From: an uncultured Verrucomicrobiales bacterium
Lineage (GTDB): Bacteria > Verrucomicrobiota > Verrucomicrobiia > Verrucomicrobiales > DEV007
Direction: 5' to 3'
DNA: 64,000 bases
NCBI GenBank assembly: GCA_938091905.1
Contig: CALKOM010000053.1
Coordinates: 1 to 64,000, forward strand
The notes beneath the pieces are model-generated. The model was not told the DNA's origin and did no database searches. It was given only the letters and a program-made list of their open reading frames with translations. Below are positions 28,969-36,411 of this stretch, in pieces (the first letter of the stretch is position 1; the number at the start of each line of letters is the position of its first letter). A program made the translations under genes and the position numbers.

Positions 28969-29082
28969 AGTGCTTGGCTATGAGCACCCCCGCGCCTTTG
29001 ATGTATTCTTAGATTGTGGTGACCTTTCAGTTTGTGACACGGGCAAGAGGCTCGAGCTAAAATACGGTAATGCCAACGACGT

Positions 29083-29874
29083 CTATGGGGTCGATTTGGC
29101 TTTCTCTTCACGGATAACGTCTCGGATAAGTTTTTCCAATGTATCCAAGGCTCCACGGTGATCGGACTTTTCATTTCGACCTTTGAAAGAGTCGGCTTTT
29201 ACTAGGGCGAGACGATCGACCACCACCAACTGCGGATAGACGCCCTTAAAGGCTGTGATAATCGCCGATTGATTGAGCAAGCCTTTGAGGCTGGGATCAT
29301 AGACAGGAAACTCAATTTTCTTCAACTTCACATAATCGCGAACGGCTTTGTCGGAATCGCCAAGACTGATATAAACCACTTCAACATGAGGCGAACGTTT
29401 GCGCATCTTTCGATAAGCGTTAGAAAGTTCGCCGATGAACTTGTCTTCATCGTGCTCTTTGGTGAAGTAGTAGGCGACGTATTGAAGTTTCTGCACGTCT
29501 TCCGGTTCATAGGGGACCCAGTCGCCATCTTTGTTCAGGAGACGAAGGGAGTCTTTTAGAACGCTGATTCCTGGGTCTGCGTAGTGGAAGTCTAGCCAGC
29601 CTTGCCGGATGAATTCAGCCTCTTTGGTCAGACGTTCTTGCTCGGCTTTGGCGAATTCCTGATCGTCAGGATGCAGGCTTTCGAGTGGGACTGCTCTCGG
29701 TCCGTAGGGCTGTAGCAATACTTTGCCGGAATCATCAGTGCCCAAGACGATGGCTTTCATCTTGGAACCTGATTTGCTGCGAAACTCATGCACAGACGGT
29801 TTCGGCTTTTCATCTCCGGAGCTGATGAGAATGGTGGCAAAGACGGTAATAACTGAGATCCAGCGAGCCTTCAT
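29083..29874 (-). CDS. Secreted SHD1-like plus thioredoxin-like fold protein lacking CxxC
   Basis: Signal peptide; VPLESL.P.DQ (SHD1); YVAYYF...L...Y...EVVYIS....YPQLVVVD (nucleoredoxin-like) with no Cys. Confidence 0.65.
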   Translation of the reverse strand: MKARWISVITVFATILISSGDEKPKPSVHEFRSKSGSKMKAIVLGTDDSGKVLLQPYGPRAVPLESLHPDDQEFAKAEQERLTKEAEFIRQGWLDFHYADPGISVLKDSLRLLNKDGDWVPYEPEDVQKLQYVAYYFTKEHDEDKFIGELSNAYRKMRKRSPHVEVVYISLGDSDKAVRDYVKLKKIEFPVYDPSLKGLLNQSAIITAFKGVYPQLVVVDRLALVKADSFKGRNEKSDHRGALDTLEKLIRDVIREEKAKSTP

Positions 29875-29932
29875 GGGGAAGAGTCTACGTCGTTTCTTGC
29901 AGCAGACAAGCACACGAAGTAGGCTCAAAGCC

Positions 29933-31045
29933 ATGTGCAGGTGCTTCTGTGTTTTCTTCTTTCTCCTCCTGGGGATTCCGGACTCGAGGGCGGCCGACAA
30001 TGGATTACCGGAAGCTTTGAATGACCGGCAGTGGGCGGCCTTAGAGAAGAGTGTGGATCGGGGGCTTCATTGGTTGGCCAAGCAGCAGAGGAATGACGGT
30101 AGTTTTGAGGGCGATGAGGTTGGGCAGCCGGCGATCACTTCATTTGCGGTCATGGCTTACCTATCTCGAGGCCATCGGCCCGGCGTTGGGCCCTATGGCA
30201 AGGCTATCGAAAGCGGGATCGACTTTGTGTTAGCCACGCAGCGGGCGAATGGGCTTTTTACGTATGAGGATGCGGTCGGGCCTTACAAGAAGGGTAAGCC
30301 TTCGCAAACCGCAACTTACAATCACGCGATTGCGGGTCTGATGTTAGGCGAGGTTTATGGGCTTTGTGACGGTGCCCGTTCGGCCCGGATTCGACAGGCG
30401 ATTGAGCTAGGATTGAATCTTACTTGGAAGCTGCAGTTTGCGAGGAAAGACCGGGCCGAGGATCGTGGTGGTTGGCGTTATCTTTGCGATCGTGATGATG
30501 TGGACTCTGATCTTTCTGTGAGCGGTTGGCATCTCATGTTCCTTCGCTCGGCGAAGAACGCGGAGTTTGATGTGCCGCGAGAATTTATCGATGCGGCGAC
30601 AGGTGACATCAAATGGTGCTACATTGCTCATCGCGATGGTATCTTCACCTATTCGCCAGGGGATCATAGAGATGCCAATGAGGCGATGACAGGGATTGGG
30701 GCGCTTTCGTTAGCTTTGGGTGGACTTTACAAGGATAGACGCGTGGTGGAGGCCGGAGACTGGTTGCTGGACCATCCATTGGATCACAACTTCTATCGTA
30801 GTACGGAACGCTACTATTATACAGCTTACTACTGCACCCAGGCGATGGTGCAGTTGGGTGGCAAGTATTGGAAGGCTTTCTATCCTGTGGTTGTGGCGGA
30901 AGTGCTGGATCATCAGGACAGCGATGGCAACTGGCGAATCCCTTCACGAGCCAAGGAGGATAAGCTCGGGGAAGTCTATTTTACATCGTTGGCGATCTTG
31001 ACGCTGACACCGCCGTATCAGTTGCTACCAATCTATCAACGTTAA
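29933..31045 (+). CDS. Prenyltransferase/squalene-oxidase-repeat (QW-like) secreted protein
   Basis: GL.WL..QQ..DGS, L..Q..NG, GGWRY, SDLSV.GW and Q..DG.W motifs; signal peptide from ATG 29933. Confidence 0.85.
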   Translation: MCRCFCVFFFLLLGIPDSRAADNGLPEALNDRQWAALEKSVDRGLHWLAKQQRNDGSFEGDEVGQPAITSFAVMAYLSRGHRPGVGPYGKAIESGIDFVLATQRANGLFTYEDAVGPYKKGKPSQTATYNHAIAGLMLGEVYGLCDGARSARIRQAIELGLNLTWKLQFARKDRAEDRGGWRYLCDRDDVDSDLSVSGWHLMFLRSAKNAEFDVPREFIDAATGDIKWCYIAHRDGIFTYSPGDHRDANEAMTGIGALSLALGGLYKDRRVVEAGDWLLDHPLDHNFYRSTERYYYTAYYCTQAMVQLGGKYWKAFYPVVVAEVLDHQDSDGNWRIPSRAKEDKLGEVYFTSLAILTLTPPYQLLPIYQR

Positions 31046-31051
31046 CGGGTT

Positions 31052-31948
31052 ATGAAGCTCGTTCTTGCTATTCTTGCCGTGGTGGTCCTCGCGATAGGGA
31101 CCTTGAGTTGGGTGTTTCAGAGTGGTCTTACCAGGTTTGATCAGGAGATTGTTCGCCAGCAAGAGTATGCTGGGCTGAACAAGCCGATCAATGAAGAGCG
31201 GCGCGATGTCGATAGGTTTCAGCGGACGGCGAAACCACGAGTAGTGCGCTCCCTTACCCAAGTGGCGACGCGTGAGGTTTTGCCACCGATCGAAGTCGAG
31301 GTTCCAGAGTCGGCTGTTGTCGTGGAGCCTAGCGATGCTCACGCCGATGGAAGGCTCAAACTGATGACCGATATGCCAGAGGCCATGTTCGAGGGTACGA
31401 AGGTGCCTCTTAAGTTGCCGAATCTTGAACCGCTTGAAATGAAACAGAAGCTAATCGTAGTGCCGTCTGACCTAACTAATCTAGCGATAGATAAGTCGGT
31501 AACTGCTAGTGACGCCCTTCCAGTGATTGGCGACCTTGAGTATGTTACTGATGGTGACAAGGATGCCGCCGACGGGAGCTATATCGAGCTCGGGTCTCAG
31601 ATCCAGTGGGTGCAGATTGACCTTGAGAAGCCTCGAGAGTTGCATGCGGTGTGGGTCTGGCATTTCCACAGAAACCCTCGAGCCTATATAGATGTGGTGG
31701 TGCAGGTTTCCAATGATGAGACGTTTACTTCTGACCAGACGGTCACGATTTACAATGCTGATCACGACAACTCATTGGGATTGGGGAAGGGTAGGGACAA
31801 AGCCTACGTGGAGACGAACAGAGGGCGTGTGATGGCCGCAGGGCCAACGGTGGCTCGGTATGTGCGGCTCTACAGCAATGGAAATTCATCCAATGAGATG
31901 AACCACTACATCGAGGTTGAGGTTTGGGGGCGATCCGCCAGGCACTAG
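31052..31948 (+). CDS. Membrane-anchored protein with discoidin / F5/8 type C-like domain
   Basis: NLA..K.VTAS, TDGD, QWVQIDL, ARYVRLY and EVEVWG motifs. Confidence 0.8.
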   Translation: MKLVLAILAVVVLAIGTLSWVFQSGLTRFDQEIVRQQEYAGLNKPINEERRDVDRFQRTAKPRVVRSLTQVATREVLPPIEVEVPESAVVVEPSDAHADGRLKLMTDMPEAMFEGTKVPLKLPNLEPLEMKQKLIVVPSDLTNLAIDKSVTASDALPVIGDLEYVTDGDKDAADGSYIELGSQIQWVQIDLEKPRELHAVWVWHFHRNPRAYIDVVVQVSNDETFTSDQTVTIYNADHDNSLGLGKGRDKAYVETNRGRVMAAGPTVARYVRLYSNGNSSNEMNHYIEVEVWGRSARH

Positions 31949-32170
31949 AGGATCACGAACGGCAGCATGTAAGCATCTGTAGAATTAAGACACACTCCGA
32001 GGGCGTTGCCATGAGATGTCGGGATGTCCCGATTGTTTATGCTTGAGAATGGGGAATCGAAGCGCACCCCCGTTAGGATGACGCATTCTGGTCTTTCTGG
32101 CGAGCTTGTCTAGCTTGCAAAGGCTACGGAAAATATTGACAAGAGTCTTCAGCCTCTTTACGGAGCCGGG

Positions 32171-32431
32171 ATGCTTGCAGTGCAAGATCGAAAGGAGGAG
32201 TTGGCTTACCTAGAATACCGTCTCAAGACGCAGGCTCTACGAGAGAGCCGTGCAACGGATGAACTCATTCGTGAAGCTTTGGCCGCGTATCTGGACAATC
32301 CGAGTTCAGCTTCGGCAGCGAAAGCGTCCTTTCGCCGTTTGATCAGCAATCCGCCGTTGAGTAGCTCCATCGCTGAGGTTGCAGCTTGTTTGAGTGAGGA
32401 ATACTATGCGCAGCGTGTGACCCAGTTCTAA
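32171..32431 (+). CDS. Small hypothetical protein, possible ribbon-helix-helix-like regulator
   Basis: RLK.QA..E.R...ELIREAL..YL pattern; TTGACA-N17-TACGGA promoter-like sequence directly upstream. Confidence 0.55.
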   Translation: MLAVQDRKEELAYLEYRLKTQALRESRATDELIREALAAYLDNPSSASAAKASFRRLISNPPLSSSIAEVAACLSEEYYAQRVTQF

Positions 32432-32464
32432 GACCTCGCTTGCCTTCTATTTATTCAAATTCCT

Positions 32465-33085
32465 GTGATTATACGCTGCTCTATCCACCGTTCCACCTTC
32501 CCATCATTGCTCCTACTCTTCGTGGTGCTCGGTGGCCTTCTATTAGGCGAGGCGTCTGCTTTCAGAGTGGTGATCGATCCTGGGCATGGCGGTCATGATA
32601 GCGGCGCGCAGAATGGCTCTGTATTGGAGAAGCATCTGGCCCTGGATGTCTCGCGGCGCCTTGCTCGATATCTAAATCGACGCGGTATCAAGACGACGTA
32701 TACCCGAGAAACCGGCTTCGTTTCCCTGAACGGTCGGGTTGCTATCGCCAATCGATACAAGGACGCCATCTTCGTCAGCATCCATTTCAACTCGGCTTCG
32801 AATCGGGGAGCGACTGGGATTGAGACTTTCTATTACACACCTCAGAGCGAACTCCTGGCGCATCTCGTGCAAACGAACGTCATTCACAAGACGCGGCGGG
32901 TAAATCGTGGGGTGAAACATCGTGGCTTCCGGGTCATTCGCGGTCCCCGCGGCCCGTCGATTCTCGTGGAAGGCGGTTTCTTGTCGAATAGCCGGGAGTG
33001 CCGTCGCTGCATTGACAAGGTCCACCGGCAGAAGTTGGCGGAGGCCATTGGGCATGCAATCGTCCGTTTCCGTAAGGTACGCTAG
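32465..33085 (+). CDS. N-acetylmuramoyl-L-alanine amidase (Amidase_3)
   Basis: VVIDPGHGG.D.GA, EK, FVSIHFN and ILVE.GFLSN motifs. Confidence 0.93.
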   Translation: MIIRCSIHRSTFPSLLLLFVVLGGLLLGEASAFRVVIDPGHGGHDSGAQNGSVLEKHLALDVSRRLARYLNRRGIKTTYTRETGFVSLNGRVAIANRYKDAIFVSIHFNSASNRGATGIETFYYTPQSELLAHLVQTNVIHKTRRVNRGVKHRGFRVIRGPRGPSILVEGGFLSNSRECRRCIDKVHRQKLAEAIGHAIVRFRKVR

Positions 33086-33175
33086 CGCTTCGGGAAGACC
33101 GGAACCTACCAGTCAACCGCACTGCAACGCGGCGATCGACTTGCGTTTCTGTGAAATGAGCTTCACACTGGCTCG

Positions 33176-33784
33176 ATGAAGCAGAACGCCTACGTCATGA
33201 TTGGTATGGCAGCGCTCCCTTGGTTTTTTGTGAGCTGCAGCTCCACCGATGTGATCCAAGATCGCCCGATTCAATACCTTGAAGGCATTGCTCCTGCAAT
33301 GGGCAACCAACCATATAATCCGATCGAAGCGGAGGCTTATTGGGATGGTGATGGAGTGGAGGGTTCTCCCAAGATCGTCATCGATTTGAGTGATCAGAAG
33401 GCTTATTTTTACAAGTCCGAGGTGCTCGTTGGCGTCACTCCAATCTCAACTGGGGATGCGACCCACAAAACGCCCACAGGAAATTTCAAGGTGACTGAGA
33501 AAGACATCGATCACCGTTCGAGCCGATATGGGGATTACGTGGACGATTATGGTAATGTGGTCGTGAAGGATGTTGATAACCAGAAAGACAAGCGGCCTTC
33601 AGGAACGAAGTATCTTGGAGCAGACATGGGCTACTTCCTCCGATTCAACCGAGCTATCGGCATGCATCGTGGCTTTTTGCCTGGTTATCCTGCTTCGCAT
33701 GGCTGTGTGCGGCAGCCGGAGCACATGGCAAAAAAATACTTCGAGAACTCGAAGCTTGGCACTCCGGTCATCGTGGTCCCTTAA
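33176..33784 (+). CDS. L,D-transpeptidase (YkuD family) lipoprotein
   Basis: FVSC lipobox; ISTG...TP.G.F; H.G.LPGYPASHGCVR catalytic motif. Confidence 0.92.
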   Translation: MKQNAYVMIGMAALPWFFVSCSSTDVIQDRPIQYLEGIAPAMGNQPYNPIEAEAYWDGDGVEGSPKIVIDLSDQKAYFYKSEVLVGVTPISTGDATHKTPTGNFKVTEKDIDHRSSRYGDYVDDYGNVVVKDVDNQKDKRPSGTKYLGADMGYFLRFNRAIGMHRGFLPGYPASHGCVRQPEHMAKKYFENSKLGTPVIVVP

Positions 33785-33797
33785 GTAGCGGCGGCTG

Positions 33798-34145
33798 GTG
33801 AAGCTTCGGGATCTGATTACTGACGAAGAGCGCTGGGAGATCGAACCGAGCGACTTACGTGCTCTCTTGGATCACCGTGATGAGGCACCGTTCCTTCTCA
33901 TTGATTGTCGCGAGTCGGATGAGCACGCTGATTGGCGGATAGGCGGTGACATTTTGATGCCACTGTCAAACTTTCCCTCTGAGGTGGCTACCCATTTGGA
34001 CAATGAGACGCTTCCGCTTATTGTCTATTGCCACCACGGCATACGGTCTCTCCAGGCCACCCAGTATTTACGGGTGCAGGGACACGCTAAGACTTTCTCC
34101 CTGCGAGGCGGAATCGATGCCTGGGATCGGAACACGCAGAGGTAA
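33798..34145 (+). CDS. Rhodanese-like domain protein
   Basis: LIDCRE..E, VYCHHGIRS and L.GGIDAW motifs. Confidence 0.9.
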   Translation: MKLRDLITDEERWEIEPSDLRALLDHRDEAPFLLIDCRESDEHADWRIGGDILMPLSNFPSEVATHLDNETLPLIVYCHHGIRSLQATQYLRVQGHAKTFSLRGGIDAWDRNTQR

Positions 34146-34259
34146 CGGAGAGCGGGCCTATTGGATTTTCTCGAGTTGGGCTAAGGCATTCTCCGAAGCT
34201 GCGCTGGTGAAATAAGGACGAGAGATCTCGTCTGTTGGCCGATGGTCGGAAGGATCAGT

Positions 34260-34679
34260 GGGGTGGGGTCGTCATAAGCCGGATTCTGTCGACTGGCCTC
34301 TATTCCTAGAGGTCAGCGTGCGATCATTTGTCTTCTCGCTCAAGAGCGAGACCTCACCGAGGTGAGGTGCGACTAATACCCGAAGATACCATCGGCACGA
34401 AGCCGACTGCGGAGCGGGCGACTCCTTCCTTCTGTTCTGTCTTGCACCTCATGGGGTTTGTCATGCCTCGTTCCTTACGGTCGGAGCGGTGAGCTCTTAC
34501 CTCGCCATTTCACCCTTACCACACCCGAAGGTGTGGCGGTATTTTTTCTGCGACACTGTCCGTCACCGGAGCCTTTCGTTACCGGTGCCCATGCTTTCAC
34601 ATGGCATGAAGCCCTGTGGTGTCCGGACTTTCCTCCCCTTGGCACGTTGTACCAGGAGCGATCGCTCAGACCCCACCCC
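34260..34679 (-). ncRNA. rnpB: RNase P RNA (bacterial type A)
   Basis: Minus strand has GAGGAAAGTCCGGACAC near the 5' end and ACAGAATCCGGCTTA near the 3' end. An 11-bp P1 helix GGGGTGGGGTC/GACCCCACCCC closes both ends. Confidence 0.97.
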
Positions 34680-34685
34680 GGTTGA

Positions 34686-34713
34686 AGGATGCGCGCAAAG
34701 GGCCTTCTTGCAA
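34686..34713 (-). promoter_or_regulatory. Putative rnpB promoter
   Basis: TTGCAA-N16-CATCCT-N6, then the first base of P1. Confidence 0.55.
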
Positions 34714-34726
34714 GAAGTCGACGCTC

Positions 34727-34769
34727 TAAAACGAAATCAGCCCCAGGAATCGCAGCCTGGGGCTGATTT
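34727..34769 (-). terminator. Intrinsic terminator (possibly bidirectional)
   Basis: Perfect 14-bp stem AAATCAGCCCCAGG (34734-34747) / CCTGGGGCTGATTT (34756-34769); on the minus strand it ends TTTCGTTTT. Confidence 0.75.
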
Positions 34770-34959
34770 TCCCCCACAAATATTACATTCGGCTCCGGTT
34801 GTCGTAGTGATTGAGCACGGTTCGTGCAACCAAATATAAATAGGACTCGCTGAAAGTTGGCGTGCCTTAGTTTTAAATGCTCACTCCAAACGCAGGTAGG
34901 CTTTCAGCCTTTTTCGGCGGTATGGATTCTTCAAGTCGGCCTGGCTTGCGTGCCATTTG

Positions 34960-35240
34960 CTAGCATTGTCGTCCGCAGGAGCCTGGATCGACAAAGAATT
35001 TGGGAATGGTGAGGTTTCTTGAATCGTCAGGATCGGTGGTCGAGTACAGCTCTTTGAGGTCGCTGCACTCATTGCTTGGATTGTCGATTTTGAACCAGGC
35101 AGGCTAGTCGCCGTCTGTGTCTTTCAGTCAGCCGGTATCCTCCGCAAGGATATCCAAGAGAGAAGAGGCGCTGTCCATACGTTGATCGCTGAGAACAGAA
35201 CGAGGAGCCGGAGTCTGAACGGCGTGAGATTCGGGTTTTA
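34960..35240 (-). pseudogene. Eroded lamin-tail-domain gene remnant
   Basis: Reads ILAEDTG*LKDTDGD*PAWFKIDNPSNECSDLKELYSTTDPDD...IP....PG, matching the lamin-tail D.DG...DW.E..N......DL.G..LTD pattern, with internal stops at 35130 and 35106. Confidence 0.6.
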
Positions 35241-35334
35241 TGAAGTGAAACACCTGCAGGGTCGCCTTGGAAAGCTTGGAACTTCGTGTCTTCGCGGCTT
35301 TACACGGTCAGAAAGATTGGCCGAACATGTCACC

Positions 35335-36411
35335 ATGAAAGCGAAAGTTTGGAGAGTTGCTGGGATCAACTTCGACCACTTCCACATGGGCGATCTTCTC
35401 CGTGAGGTGTTCGATCATCCGATGGCTGAAATTGTGGGCATCTCTGATGATCAGCCGGAGCGCATGGAGGACGCCCAGAAGAATTTTAGTTTGGATACTA
35501 GCAAAGTTTTCACAGATTACCGGGCCTGCCTCGAGAATACGAAGCCAGATTTGGTCGTTCTTTGTCCCTCAACGAAAGGCCATGTGGAGTGGGTTGAGAA
35601 AGTAGCTCCCTATGGTGTCGAGATCTTGTTGGAGAAGCCATTCGCTGCATCTTTGTCAGATGCTGATCGTATGATCGCAGCGACCCAAGATTCTGGATCC
35701 TCGCTTGCGATCAACTGGCCTTTGCGATGGTATTCGAGTCATGTTACGGCTTATCGTTTGGTAAGTGAGGGGCGTCTTGGAGAGGTGCGCGAGGTTCACT
35801 TCTACGATGGAAATCGTGGCCCCTTGTGGCATGGAGCCGATAAGATCGAGCTGGAACCCACGGCCGAGAGGAAAGCTGCTAGTTGGTTTTACAAGAGCGC
35901 TGAAGGGGGAGGGTCTTTGTTAGATTATCTAGGTTATGGAACGACGTTGGGTACCTGGTATCATGGGGGTGAGAAGCCAACTGAAGTGATGGCAATGATA
36001 GATACCCCAGAAGGGCTCGAGGTGGACGAACACAGTATCACTGTGGCCCGCTACAAAGCAGGACTGTCGAAGTTTGAAACGCGATGGGGCACGTTTACTG
36101 ATCCTTGGACCCATCAGCCGCAGCCAAAGTGTGGATTTGTCATCAAGGGGAGTGCGGGAACATTGAGTAGCTACGACTGCGAGTCAGTGGTGACGTTGCA
36201 GAATGCCAGGCACCCAGAGGGGCAAACGATTCCGGTAGATGTATTGGAGGGCCCTGATAAAGGTCCTATCGCTTATGTTCTGGATTGTCTCCAGCGCAAC
36301 GTGCCTGTGGAAGGTCCGCTCTCGATCGAAGTTAGCCGGATTGGCCAACAGATCGTCGATACAGCCTATCAGAGTGCGATTGAGAAGCGTGCCCTTCCCC
36401 TTCTTGGCTAG
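35335..36411 (+). CDS. Gfo/Idh/MocA family oxidoreductase
   Basis: LLEKP.A, GGGSLLDYL.Y and D...CL....PDLV motifs; ATG 35335. Confidence 0.92.
   Translation: MKAKVWRVAGINFDHFHMGDLLREVFDHPMAEIVGISDDQPERMEDAQKNFSLDTSKVFTDYRACLENTKPDLVVLCPSTKGHVEWVEKVAPYGVEILLEKPFAASLSDADRMIAATQDSGSSLAINWPLRWYSSHVTAYRLVSEGRLGEVREVHFYDGNRGPLWHGADKIELEPTAERKAASWFYKSAEGGGSLLDYLGYGTTLGTWYHGGEKPTEVMAMIDTPEGLEVDEHSITVARYKAGLSKFETRWGTFTDPWTHQPQPKCGFVIKGSAGTLSSYDCESVVTLQNARHPEGQTIPVDVLEGPDKGPIAYVLDCLQRNVPVEGPLSIEVSRIGQQIVDTAYQSAIEKRALPLLG

Noticed and set aside
34458..34839. ORFs overlapping rnpB
   Set aside because: Explained by the RNase P RNA gene and the adjacent hairpin.
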